Positions 1 to 13,877 of a stretch of DNA of 64,000 bases are shown one piece after another. Under the pieces are notes generated by a model. It saw only the letters and a list, made by a program, of their open reading frames with translations, was not told where the DNA came from and did no database searches. Positions within the stretch are counted from its first letter, which is position 1. The number at the start of each line of letters is the position of its first letter. This DNA comes from the human T2T-CHM13v2.0 reference genome, Homo sapiens. Position numbers and translations under genes: made by a program. The stretch lies in assembly GCF_009914755.1 (NCBI RefSeq), contig NC_060933.1; one strand, 5' to 3'.

Positions 1-82
1 ACCAAGGGTCTGTTGGTGGGCTTTTGCCTTTGGTGGCCCCAGGGCCCCTGCCTTCTGGCTACTGCCATCCGTGGGGGATGAG

Positions 83-90
83 TGACGTCA
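83..90. promoter_or_regulatory. Full palindromic CRE (TGACGTCA); variant TGACGCA at 315-321
   Basis: Exact motif with intact CpG; function not shown. Confidence 0.3.
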
Positions 91-2197
91 AACTTCCCCT
101 TCTCCGGGCTGTTGGCTAGAGTGGGGGCAGTGGGAAAAACACATCTATCAGGCAGTCCCACCCCTGCACAAAGGAGCAGAGACTGTGCCTCAGCCCCACA
201 TCCCTGCCTGGTGGGTACCACATCACAGACAGACACGTTCTTAGCTGGCTGTGTGCAGTCACTGCCACCTTGGGCTCCTGGGAGGCACCAAAGGCCCATT
301 GTGGGCCCCTGAAATGACGCACCCACCACAGTCAGCTGCCATCATGCAAGGCACCGAATCTGCTGTCCTGGTGGGATGGGATCTCACTTCTGCCTTTCCT
401 GTTCAGCCTCCCCGGGCTCCATGCGCTCTGTGGAGGCCATGGCAGGATATGTTGTGGGCAGCTGGATTTCCGGCCCTCTCTGGTAGAGTCAGAGGGGTTG
501 CCTTTGACCAGCAGGAAAGGGATTCGAAGGCGGACGCGAGTGGGCCCTGCCCAACTCAGACTGAGGAGGAAGTTTCTGCAGCGCCGGAAGGAGAAGCAAT
601 GAATAGCCACTGTCTAGACCCTCCCCTATGACTCCATCCCCAAGGTGCTCCAGACAGGCCTGAGATTCCCCTCTTCCTTCCTAGCCACACCACCCCTGGT
701 GTGAGCCAGGCAGGCAGCCCAGCCCTCTCCAGCCCCGGCTCCTGGTGGCAGGAGGTGCCTTCCTGGCTGTAGCAGGAAGAGTCTCCAGGTTATATGGCCG
801 TGTCCCTGTGCCAGGACTCGGGGTAGGGGTACACTCTGTTCTGACCCCCCCAGGAAGTGAGTTCCAAAGGAGTCGGGCCTTTGGAGGAGAACTTGGTGGC
901 TGTGCTTTTGACCTGGCATTGCAGGAGCATAAGCCCTGGTCAACTTGAGCGAAAAAGCCGGACCCACTGTCACCATCTCACAGGCTGTGTCGCATGCTCT
1001 GGCGGTGAGGGCCTGTTTCCCAGCCCTCCCTAGCAGGAGACTGCTCAGGGCAGAGCTCCTGAGATACTATGGGTTCCTTTGGGGTGGAAGAGCCTGTGGC
1101 CAGGTCAGTGAGGAGAACAGAGTGGGAGCATGAGGGTGGGCTGGAGAGGAGCTGTTTGTCCCGCCTCCCGACCCCGAGGAGGGCATAGTCCACAGGCTAT
1201 TTTAGGGAGCAAGAACTGGCCAGTCAGAATGTGCCTGCGCCTCTCCCCAAGACAACAGCACCATCAAAGGGGAACATCTTTGTCTTGGGGGAGCCATGTG
1301 GAATTGTACCTAGAACAGATTGTGAACAGGGGTGCCTGTCAATTTACATTTATCAGGACTCGTTTCTTTTCCCTCCCAGACTTGCCCTGCAAATCTCATG
1401 GTGGGGTGGGGATCAAGGAGAAGAGGGCTTATCTTGACTTTCATGATCTTAGTGTTAATGACAGTTACCCAGGATGGAGGTTTTTAGCCCCTTTCTTGGC
1501 CCTAGACCCAATGACCCCTTCCATGATATTTTTCAAAGTCCAGTGAAGCAGTGGAGAGAGGAGTGAGGGGGAGGAGAAGAGAGAGACGGGACTCTGTTGG
1601 CAGACGCCCTGCTGTCTTCCAAGACCCTATATAGGCTTCTGTGGAGTTCTTGCAGCTGAAAGCTGAGTCCTTTGCCTGGGGCAGGGGTGGTGTGGATTCT
1701 TGGCCATCACACTCCTGGAACCCTGAATCTTACTGTTCCACAGTCACAGACCAGCCAGGCTCAGGACCTCAGAGCTGCTTGTGGGCCCATGGAAAGTCAT
1801 ACTTGCTTCCCGTCGGCGCTGGGCCTGCTGTCATTTTGCAGCTTCTGCCCTGCAAATTTAGAGTTTTAGAGTTTAGTTTTAGAGTTTTAAGTCTCTAAAA
1901 CCCTCACAGTTAATTTTTTCTCTTCCTTTAATGACACCCAAAAGGGCACCCAGCATTATGCCTCGGGTGTTTGACCCGGCTGGATATGGGATGGAGAGCG
2001 TTTGGTGGGTCCTGGGAGGAGCTCAGGCCAGGTCAGGATTTACCATTGTTATTGATGCTACAGATAACAGCCTTGCCCTGAAGGCTTTCACAGAGTTTAT
2101 CTCCTTTCTTGTTACTCTGATAGGGCTGGGATTGTCCACCACCTGCTCAATGAGGGCTAACATTGAGTACCCAGCGAGAGTGCTGTATTAAATCTTA

Positions 2198-2506
<309 letters not shown>

Positions 2507-2789
2507 ATCTCCTGCTTGGTGGAGACCTCTCAGAGTGCTGGGGAAGGGGCTCCGGAGTCCATAGGCTCTATTCTCCTCTCCCTTCCCTCACTTCCTGGCT
2601 GTGTGAGTTTAGCTATATAAAATTATCTCAGGGTTAGTTTTAGAAGCCAAGATTTGCATGTTAGGCCCTAAAAAAGATTGCATTTTCAAAAGGCAGTCAC
2701 ATCAACCTACAAACTCTCTCATCAGCTTTTCTTGTAGTATGGCTTGACACCCCTCCACTGAGAGGTGAGCTCTCTGTTCTCTTCCCTGA

Positions 2790-3090
2790 GACCTGCTTCC
2801 CTCAGTAGACTGTGATGGAGGTCACCTTATGTGACTCGAAGCTGTGTCATAAAAAGTGATACAGATCACAGACGGCGCCTGGCCCGCAGTCTCTTGGTTT
2901 TCTCACTCTGTGGGAAGCCAGCTGACATATTGCGAGGACACTCAAGCAGCCATAAGGAGTGGCCGACAGCCAGTATGAGGGACTGCAGCCCAGCCCTCAG
3001 GGGATTCCAGCCAGAAATGCCTGAGTGAGCCAAGACCCACAGAAACCATAGAAATGTTAAGTCATTGCTGTTGTCTTCAGCCACTGAATT
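2790..3090 (+). mobile_element. MLT1-type MaLR LTR fragment
   Basis: GAAGCCAGCTGACATATTGCGAGGACACTCAAGCAGCC and CCCACAGAAACC...CAGCCACTGAATT resemble MLT1F/G/H. Confidence 0.7.
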
Positions 3091-3302
3091 TTTTTTAATT
3101 TTATTTTTTATTTATTTTTATTTTTTTACTTAGCATGATGCCCTGAACAGGTCCATGGCAATAAGAAGAAATCATTATTGCCTTACTGAATTTTAGATTA
3201 TAGGCAGACAGAAACTTCCTAACTCAATTGCTGAGCCTCATGCTTTAATTTACGAATAAAATTTCTGTTGTGCCCATTGACCATTTAGGTATCAACTTCT
3301 AA

Positions 3303-3677
<375 letters not shown>

Positions 3678-4708
3678 TAAACAAGAAGAAAGGGACTGAG
3701 GACCCACAGGGTTGCCTGGACATTTGGAAAATAATTTTAAATATTTACACTTGATCTATAGGAGATTACACATTTGCTATGGAAAGCTTCAATTATTAAA
3801 TGATCAGGTTCACTAGAGTAAAAACAATTATTCTCTGCTGAGAAAGTATTTTATATTTCTACTTTAAACTTTGCTCTGTTCTGGTTGAATGTGTTAGAAA
3901 GGAACACTTGTGCTTATTAAAGGAAATTGTCAGAAGAAAATGAAGGGGTTGAAATGGAAGGATGTCCTTGGATTTGGAGTTCCAATGAAAGAACATAAGT
4001 GCTGGATGCAAACTTCTAGTTGCGTGCACATCTCTGGGCAGAAAGGAGTTTGGTGCTAAGTGCAGGTGGAAAAGGGACTTCTATTTCCTGATTGGGGTGA
4101 CTAGACCATTGTGAGTGTGTGTTCATCCATATTACCAGTGCATGTATTCACTCTTTACCCTCTTCTTCATGGGTTTCCAGCCTCTGCTGCAGGCCACCGT
4201 GGCCCTGGGATGGAGTTCTGCACAGAGGATGTGGGCGGATGTGGCAGCTTTTTAAATTCTCTGTGTCTTCCTTCAGGTTCTCTCCTCTCATTTGCTGGAC
4301 AGACAAAGAGGGCCTGGAGACCTCCGAGGATATGGTGGTGACAAGGCCACTGAGGAGGGCAAGTCTGAGTCCCTGGAGGTTTGTGTGGATCACTCTTTCC
4401 CCCAACCTATGGTACACTGGGACAAAGGGATAAACAAACTTATAGCTTATTAGATCATTGAGAGTTAAGAGTTGTTTTCATAGGTGTTAACTCATCTTGG
4501 CTAATATACCTACAAACACCTTGGGGACAGGGGCACTTGTTAGTGTTCCTTGTCTTTGCAGAGTCTAGCTGGTAATGGGCACAAAGCTGTTTATAGAATG
4601 AATAAATGAGAGATAAATGTGTCTTTACTTGGGGCAGCATGGTGCTCTGCTTTTCTTTCCTTTTGTTTTCACAAGATGATGGAAAAAGAAAGTGCTGGGG
4701 TCAAACAC

Positions 4709-5079
4709 TGCTATGGTCTGATGGTGTCCCCCCTAAAATTCGTATTAAAATTCATATGATGAAATTCTAACCACCAAAGTGATGGTGTTAGGATGGTGTT
4801 AGGGCATTTCAGAGGTGATGAAGTCATGGGCGATGAAGCCCTTATTTATGGGATTACTACCATTGTGGAAGAGGCCACAGTGCTGCCTTCCCCCCTCTAC
4901 CATGTGAAGACACAGTGAGAAGTCATGGTCTATGAAGAAGGGGCCCTCACCAGTCACTGAATCTACCATTGCCTTGCTGTGGGACTTCCCAGCCTCCAGA
5001 ACTGTGAGAAATACATTTCTGTTTTTTAAGAACCACCTAGTCTATGGTATTTTGTAATAGCAGCCGAAATGGACTAACA
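4709..5079 (+). mobile_element. MLT1A-like solo LTR
   Basis: TGCTATGGTCTG start; GGACTTCCCAGCCTCCAGAACTGTGAGAAATA...GGACTAACA end. Confidence 0.85.
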
Positions 5080-5504
5080 TAGCACTCTAAATAGAAAAAT
5101 GGAGACTTCCTAGCTCTTAGCATCTTCTTACTCATTTACAGAAGAATAAAGTCATCAAGAGTCATTGATGCCAGCATTGCCCTGGAGGGACCAAGGGAAC
5201 AGGAACTTGTTTTCCTTGTGTTTGCCTTTCCTCAAACCTATCCTGTAGCTGCATCTGATGGTCAGAGTGGTATCATCTTAACAGTTATGCCTAATTGTTT
5301 TCATAAATAATCATATTTAGTAGGAAAAGAATAGCTGAGTCAGAAAGTTTTATATAATAATGTCCTTTAGTTGACTGTGTTCTTGGAAACTCTGGTTGTT
5401 CAGAATTGCAGACAAAAATCCTATCTCACCGGGAAAGAGCCTAGGTCAAAATGAAATTCCACATTAGTGTTAAATTTGAAAACTTGAAGTGAACACAAGC
5501 ATAT

Positions 5505-5871
5505 TGTATTAGTCTGTTCTCACACTACTAATAAAGACATACCCAAGATTGGGTAATTTATAAAGGAAAGAGGTTTAATTGACTCACAGTTCCACATGGC
5601 TGGAGAGGCCTCACAATCATGGCAGAAGGTGAATGAGGAGCAGTCACATCTTACATAGCAGCAGGCAAGAAAGCATGCGCAGGGAAACTCCCCTTAATAA
5701 AACCATCAGATCTCATGAGACTTATTCACTATCACAAGAATAGCACGGGAAAGACCTGCCCTCATGATTTAATTACCTCCCATGATTCAATGTCCCTCTC
5801 ACGACACTTGGGAATTATGGGAGCTACAATTCATGATGAGATTTGGGTGGGGACACTGTCAAACCATATCA
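5505..5871 (-). mobile_element. THE1 (B/C-like) solo LTR
   Basis: TGTATTAGTCTGTTCTCACAC...GAGATTTGGGTGGGGACAC..AAACCATATCA is the THE1 reverse complement. Confidence 0.92.
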
Positions 5872-8800
5872 CTTATCATTGAATATTTTGTGTGTGTATT
5901 TCCAAAAAGGTACTAAATTGTCCCTCCCCCATGCATAAAAATGTAACTCCAGGTACTTTCACCTCCAGGCTGCATGAGCCTGCTTAGAATCAGACAACCC
6001 ACGAACATCCTCCATGTTCAACTCCACACATCACAGGTGGCTTTCATTGACAGCCAACAACCACCATGCTTTATTGAAAAAATATAGGAAGAGAAACATG
6101 CAAAATGCCGCATGGTACACAAGGACTGGAATATGTTTTTAGAAACTCGTGCGTTTCTTATTAGAACATAACAAGTAGATTTTCGACTCCTTAAATAACT
6201 TTATTATGGATCTTCCTGTCAAAGAGGGAGTTTTAAATGGAGATATTGATAGGCTCAATTATTTCCATATGGTATTAGATTTTCCTTCATTGTAGACCTG
6301 GCTATGTGCTGTGGTCAGCACATTTGTACCTGCCTACCCTTAGATGGATTTTGCTAGATTTAGTGGCTACAAACACCCAATTTTCATGAGTAGATTAGGA
6401 GGCTCTTTGAAAAATAGGGCTAAAATCCCCTACAGATGGAATCCAAAAGCATGCTTGTGTATTTATTTTGAGCTACCAGGACAATCTTGGGTATGTCCTT
6501 CTATCTCTGCAGTGTACAGGCTTTGACTTAAAGTTTTTATTGCACAAACACCATGCTGTGGATGTTTGAGTCTGCAAAGGACAGAGCGGGAGCCCAGCTG
6601 TAGCAAGCTGCATTTTCATTCTGAATGTCTAGGAGATTAGAATTTAATGTAGTTCACAGGAGTTAAAGTTTTCTTCCAAATCCTTTGACATGTTGTGGAT
6701 TGTGGATTCCAAGTTTATGATCATGTTTATTAGCGCCTTCTGCATTCGTGCGGCAGATTTGCCTGTGGGAGAATGCTTTGCCCTTTCTGGTGGATAGACT
6801 TGTTTTTCTGAGGCTTTGGGAGGCGGGGGTAGTGGTGATGATGCTGGAGAGGTTGTGTTGCCCCAACTTTTCCTCCTCCCTGTCTCCTCCCAAGATGTGG
6901 GAGTCATAAAACCTGAGTTAAACTGAGTAAAAATGCAAAACCTCACCGCCTAGGCAAGATGCCTCAGAGCAGAGGTCCTGAGACGTCATTGGGGTGGGCA
7001 CCCACATGGACTGATTTCAGGGACACGTGTGGTGGGTTGTGGCTTTAAAACGTAGTCTGAATTCTGTGATACTCCTCCAGTTGAGAGATGGGGTCCCCTC
7101 CTCCAAGCCCTTCGCAGTTGGTAACCCCCTGACTCCACAGCAGCCGAGCACAGGGAGGGCGGGCTGAGGCCTGGCTTGGTCCATGGCTCTCGTGGCTCTG
7201 ACCTGGGATCATCTCCTTGGTTAAAGCCTTGTCCTACTGGGAGGCCGAGGCTTCTATCTGTCATTAGGGGTATAAAGGTCAGGTGGACAGTTCTCGGATG
7301 AGGGAGGGAAGAGACATAGAAAGTCAGGAGGAGAGGGCACTGAGGAGAGAGCTGCCCACCCCAGACCCAGCCAAGCGTCCCCACCTAGGACTCCTTCTGC
7401 CTGTGCTTGTGGACAACACAGACAGACGGAGCTGCACGCCCCACAGCGTTTTCTTTTCCTGGGTGGCTCAGCTCCTGGAAGCTCATCCATCTCTTGTGTA
7501 AGGAGGAGGTCTGACAAATGCCTTTTGCTTGGGAACGTGTGAGTCTGTGTTTGCGATGCAAGCCTGGGGCCACTGCTGCTGTTGCAGGCTGTGAAACACG
7601 GAGTGGCTGCAGGGGTAGGGGCTTTGGAGCTTCCTCTAAGAAAAAGAAAGGCGCCGAGTTCAGGGCTCTGGGTGGCCTCCAGCTCAGTGTCTGCTTTCAT
7701 GGGATATGGTAACATGGAGAGCAAGACTGTCTGTTTGGAAGAAGCGAGCAAACTGTCCCCACACGTGAGAGAAACCAGGAGACTCAATTCCAGTCACAGG
7801 GAAGTGACCTGTCATAGCCCTGAGTCTGAGAAGGCGTCCAGTCAGGGACACACCAAGGCAGAGCTTGGGTGTGAGACCAGAGCAGGATGGACTGTCCTGT
7901 GCAAACACAGGGATGGGAACAGAGCTCTTGCTGGGTGAGACTTCCTGATAGAAGCACCCGGGAGGCCCCTCTTTACATCGTTGGACCCTCCCCCTTGTCT
8001 GTGCTGTGGGTCCCTCATGCTGCACCTCTGTGAGTGTAGTTGCTGGTATGAAACTGTCTGGGTGGTGGAGTGTGGCTGCGGAGAGCTGGAGGGACAGTTT
8101 TGGGAGAGTCAGCGCTGGGGGCTACTTTCCTTGCTGTGTGGGACCCAGTGCCTGGAGCATCTCCTTGAAGCAAACTTTTAATAAAATTCTTTGTATGGTG
8201 AGCTAATCACTCCTTCCAAAATGAGTCTGGCCGGATGTTTCCCTTCTCTGTCTAGGAACGGAGGAGCACATGTCTCTGCTGCAATACCCACATGTTACCA
8301 AAAAAAAAAAAAAAAAAATCAAACAAACGTGGAACTGAGTTCATGACACTTAGGCCCGTGTGCTTAGGGCAAAGGTCCGGATGCCTGTCCTTGTCTTTGA
8401 AGTAGGTACACAGCACGATGGACTGATGAGTGGGTGGACAGATTTGAGATAAAGCAGGTATGGCAAAATGTTCATGGTGCATGCACGCTGTGGAGTTCAG
8501 GATGCAATTCTTTCCACTTTTCTAGATATTAGAAATGTTCATAGTGAAACACTGGGTGATCTCAGAGCTGTGAGGCCCCTTAGGGTCACCCACTCATGTC
8601 TCCATTCTGCACTGAGCACACTGTCAGAGCACAGTACTGGAGATGGGACACCTGCCCTTTGGAAGGTGCATGGTGTGTATTCTTGGGAAGGACACCCTGT
8701 GGTGGAGGACGGGCTGCCTCCTGCAGGGCAGTCAGCAGCTCTGGCCCCCAGGCACTGACTCCTGGGAGAAGCCCTCAGTCACTGAGACAGGGCCAGACAG

Positions 8801-10018
8801 GGCAGATGAGGCAGTGCCACCCCAGGTCGACAAGTGCTAGTCTAGGCCTGGAAGGCCCAGAAAGGGCAGCCTGCCCTGGGGAGGGTACACAGCATGGGAG
8901 TGGCTGCCGCAACGTAGAGTCTGGGAGCCTGAGCCCCTGGCTGGACTTTTTGTTCATTCTCTTTCTTCTTATAAAACCAAATGGTGCTTGAGTCAGTCAT
9001 TTAGGGCATTGTAGCAATTCTCTGCTCTGGGTACCACTGAATGTACTGAAAATCACCATGGTCGTGCTTTCTCTCTTCAAGTTTACGGAACTATGGGGGA
9101 GGCGGGGCGGTGTGTGTTTGGAGTTGTTTTTCCAGGAACTGTGACAGGTCCTGCTGATTCACACACAACAGAGAAGTATCTGATAGGGCTGCCAGGTTTA
9201 TGGATGCAGCCTGTGACCTTGGAACGATGTTTTTAAATCTAAAATTACTGATCTAAGTAGTATTAAACCTCAGACTCCACCTGTTCCTAGTCGGAGCTCA
9301 CAATTAAAGTCAGTTGACCAGATTTACCATTTGTGGTTAAGTCACTGTCAAAGCCACACACTCCTTGGGGGAGTGGGGGTTGCACTGTGACTGCTCCAGT
9401 GGCCGAGAGGGCCTGAGCTCACTGTTTCCAATGTCAAGCCTGCGTTTCTGTGGGGCCCCAGCCATTCCTCCTCTACAGCAAGACCCAGCCCAACTCACAG
9501 GACATTCAGCTACTTTCCATTGAGAGATATTTTTTCTTTGGGGAAATTTCTTGCCTCATTTTGGATCAAACTTTTATTTTAAATTAGTGGTGAGCTCTAA
9601 GCATCTTGGAGATCAATGCAGGAAGCTTCCCCCTTTGTTCTTGATATTTTACATGTACACGAAGCAATGGAAGGTGAAGCCTGCCTGGGCTCAGAATGAC
9701 TGTACAGATATGGCAGTGATTTTGCTGTGGCTGAGGGAGACCCTGGGGCACAACTGTTTCCCAAGTTACTGCCTCAGTTTACCTGAAGTGATTTTAATTT
9801 GGCTCTGGGTTTACTCATTTAGATGCACTAAGGAAAGGTTTGCTGCAATTTCTGGTTAAAATTGGCACATCGATTATGTGTGTTTTTCTACATTCCCTCT
9901 GAATCATCACAAAATTATAGTAAATGAATAGGAAAAGATATCAATCCAAAGGGATGTGGATACCAGCAGATCAGACGTGTCAACACAATTTTGGAAAATG
10001 GAAAGTACATGGCTTAGC

Positions 10019-10063
10019 TTAGTTAATACCTGTGTATTTAGTTAATACACAGGTATTAACTAA
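10019..10063. repeat. Perfect 20-bp inverted repeat with 5-nt spacer
   Basis: TTAGTTAATACCTGTGTATT-tagtt-AATACACAGGTATTAACTAA. Confidence 0.95.
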
Positions 10064-10083
10064 AACCTATGTACCAGCAAGTT

Positions 10084-10113
10084 TGTGTGTGTGTGTGTGT
10101 GTGTGAGAGAGAG
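10084..10113. repeat. (TG)n(AG)n microsatellite
   Basis: Directly visible. Confidence 0.9.
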
Positions 10114-10154
10114 GGGGGTGGTGGTATTGGTATAACAAAGAAGAAAACCTATGG

Positions 10155-10590
10155 TTGTTCCAGTTACTGTTGATGCACAACAAACTAGCCCAAATGAGAA
10201 TACACAAAGATCATTTTATCATCCCCACAGATTCTGTGGGTCAGGAATTCAGACAGAGCAGAGCAGGGCTACCTTATGTCTGATCCACTGTGTCAGGAGC
10301 CCCTGCTGGGAATACTCAAAAGCTAGACTCAGCTAGAGCTGTCAACAGAGTATCTCCTCGTGGCCTCTTCATGTGGTGGGGCTTCCTCACAGCATGGTGG
10401 CTAAGTGCGCAGAGGGAACATTCCAAGTCTCTAGGTGACAGCTGCTTGGCCTTTTCTGACCTAGATGCAGATGTCACATTGCCCTTCTTTTAACCATAAT
10501 CTGTTGTTTGAAGCAGTCACAAGCCTGCCAGATTGAAGGGTCCATAGACCCTTACCTCTCAATAGAAGAGCATCGAGAACTGTGGAACCA
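10155..10590 (-). mobile_element. Old MLT1 (I/J/K-like) LTR
   Basis: CACAGATTCTGTGGGTCAGGAATTC, GGCTTCCTCACAGCATGGTGGCT and GAAGCAGTCACAAGCC motifs. Confidence 0.7.
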
Positions 10591-11099
10591 TGTTTTACAG
10601 CTGCAACAATGGTCACACGGAACCCCAGGAGACTTGCAATCAGAAGCACCAAAGGCCAGGGTGTGGCACAGCCACCCTGCAGAAGGCAGGAGAGTTACTC
10701 CTTGGAGACACTGACCCAGGAGGCTCTGAACTTGGAGATTCCAGTCGGAGTTGAGGACACAGAACCTAGATGGAGAGCAGGTGAATTAAGTGAAAACCTG
10801 CTTTCTGAATAGTCAGATCCCTCCCACTCAGCCCTCCACTCAGTTTTGGGAATGTTGCCACCAGGATTATGCCCGTTACCCAGAATGTCAAAGGATTCTT
10901 CTTTGGTGAAACTGAGAAACCAAAGAAAAATGACCTATTAATTGGCATAAGACCACCAGGTACCCATCTGATAAACCTACAGTGAAGTGATCCTATGACA
11001 ACCTCTGGTCATCCACACTGAGCTTCCAGCCAGCCGACTGGGGCCTTAATTAGTGAAAGAGATGGCCCTAGACACCTGAGCAGCTGGGGAAAGCCTCTG

Positions 11100-11860
11100 T
11101 TGGGAAGACACAAGCACGCAAACAAACAAAACAGCAACAAACAGAAAAAAGGAACTCAGGGAAAGAAGTACAATGCATTAGAAAAACAAAGACAACTCAA
11201 AGAAAATGCAAAAAAACAAAGAAATAGCCAATGGTGAGATGTTAAAAAGATAACTTTTAAGGTATGTGAAAGAGCTCTTAGAAAAGAAAAATATGTGGCC
11301 TAAGTAAAAAACTCAATAGGAGTTTGAGAAACGGTGTTGAGGAACTCTTCCAGAAAGTGGAACAGAAAAACAAAGGGATATACAAGAAGAAAATTCAAAG
11401 ACTATTCAAGGAGATACATCTGATAAAAGAGGAGTTCCAGAAATAGAAAAGAGAGAGAGAGGAAATCATCACAGACATTTACCAAAATGGAAGGAGGGGG
11501 ATTTTTTAGGCTGGAAGAAACATGAAGTGCTTAGCGCAATGGTGGACAAATCCCCCCAGCCCCACATCAATGCATATCATCATGAAACTCAGGATACCAG
11601 GGATAATGAGACGATATTAAAGGCATGTTGGGGTGGGGAGTGGGAAGAGGCAGGGAGGGAGAGAGAGAGACAGGGAGAGAGAATAGGTTATATGCAAAGG
11701 ATTTAAGATGAACTTGACCTCAAACTCCTGCTCAGCAGCTACGGGAATCAAACACCAGTGGAAAGATGCCTTCCACATCCTGAGGCGAAATGATTTGCAT
11801 ACTAGAATCTCATACTCAGACAAACTTTCAGTAAGGTGCAAAGCTCAATGGGTAAATTTG
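11100..11860 (+). mobile_element. Ancient L1 (L1M/L1ME) ORF1 relic
   Basis: A-rich strand; ORF 11708 QWKDAFHILRRNDLHTRISYSDKLSVRCK matches the L1 ORF1p C-terminal pattern (QW..F..L.....RI.YPAKLS). Confidence 0.75.
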
Positions 11861-12004
11861 CTGCTAGAAAACTTGACTGATTGCCTATGAAAGTGGCCAC
11901 ATTTTCCTTGGTTTAGATTAATACAGAATCTTTCAGAAGATTCTGAAAGATCTGCAGCCTCATCTGGCATGATGTTTATCCCAAGTTTACAGGTACCTTC
12001 CTGA

Positions 12005-12383
<379 letters not shown>

Positions 12384-12846
12384 TGGATTGCTCTTAAGAA
12401 TTGATAAAAGCGACAGAACATCTTTTAGAAAAGAAAAATGCATGTATACGTACATATGTGAGATTTTCCAGTTAACCTGGAAGGTCCACAGGTACACAGG
12501 CCACCTGCTCTTTCTCTTCTCACACCCAATTTTTACATGCACTGTCTTATTCAATTTTACTAACTACCTTCTTCTTATTTTTTCTTTTGTATTACAAAAG
12601 TAATATAATGCAGAAAAATAAAATCAAAGAGAAAGTCCCAATTTATCCCTATCTTACTGGATTATTCTCCCTCAGGTGTTCTGATTTATCCTCCAGGTAT
12701 TTTAAAATTATGTGTGTGTATCTCTCTGTGTGTGGGGGGGATTCATGTATACATATAAAATAACTGCATATAAGCAATCGTATAGTGATATAGTGTGTTT
12801 TAAATAAAACCCATATTTTTAATAATCCTGTATAGATATCCTGCTA

Positions 12847-13075
12847 TAGGTTGAGTATCCCTTATATGAAATGCTTGGGACCAGAAGTATTTCAGATTTT
12901 GAATTCTTTTGGATGTTGGAATATTGACATTATACTCAGTGGTTGAGCATTCCTAATCTGAAAATCCAAAATCCAGAATGCTCCAATGAGCATTTCCTTT
13001 GAGCAGTATGTCAGCACTCAAAAAGTTTTGGATTTTGGAGCACTTTGGATTTTTAGATTTAGGATGCTCAATCAG
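12847..13075. mobile_element. Tigger4a/MER46A DNA transposon (TcMar-Tigger)
   Basis: AGGTTGAGTATCCCTTAT..AAATGCTTGGGACCAGAAG start, GGATGCTCAATCAG end, TA flanks. Confidence 0.85.
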
Positions 13076-13079
13076 TATT

Positions 13080-13520
13080 TGGCTTCTCATGTGATAAATT
13101 ATGGACTTCCTCCATGTTAACACATAGAGATTTTTTTTTCCACTGATTTTTTCAGTTCCATTATATTCCTTAGAATGGGTCCTCTTTTATTAACTTCATG
13201 CCTTTTTGGTGGCTATTTACGTTGTTTGAACTTTTTTTTTGCTTATACAAACAGTGCTGCAATGAAATATATATAAATATATAGAGAAATCAGTAGAAAT
13301 ATATACATATATATTTACATCACTAGCAATATGTTTGTAGAATAGATTCTTAGAAGCAGAATTGCTAAGTATGTATTTTAAATGTTCTATGGTTGTTGCC
13401 AAGCTATTCTCCAACAACATTGTATGAATGTATACTTCCACCAACAGAGTACTGGAATGCCTCTTTCCTCATGCCTTCTCCAATACTGGATGTTAGCAAT
13501 ATTTTGAAAGTATTGAGGAT
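13080..13520 (-). mobile_element. Old L1 (L1ME-like) 3' fragment
   Basis: AAACAGTGCTGCAATGAA, GATTCTTAGAAGCAGAATTGCT and ACTTCCACCAACAG motifs of antisense L1M. Confidence 0.6.
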
Positions 13521-13570
13521 GGGTCAAAAATAGTACAGTAGTTCAAAGTTGCTTTAAATTTAATCCTCAT

Positions 13571-13877
<307 letters not shown>

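Noticed and set aside
1857-1901. GTTTTAGAG repeats plus the inverted CTCTAAAAC, resembling the start of a type II CRISPR repeat/sgRNA scaffold
   Set aside because: Only 9 bp, no spacers or full repeat, and a mammalian context; a slippage repeat with a small hairpin.
8300-8318. Isolated poly-A as a processed pseudogene tail
   Set aside because: No adjacent polyA signal, TSD or recognisable mRNA body.
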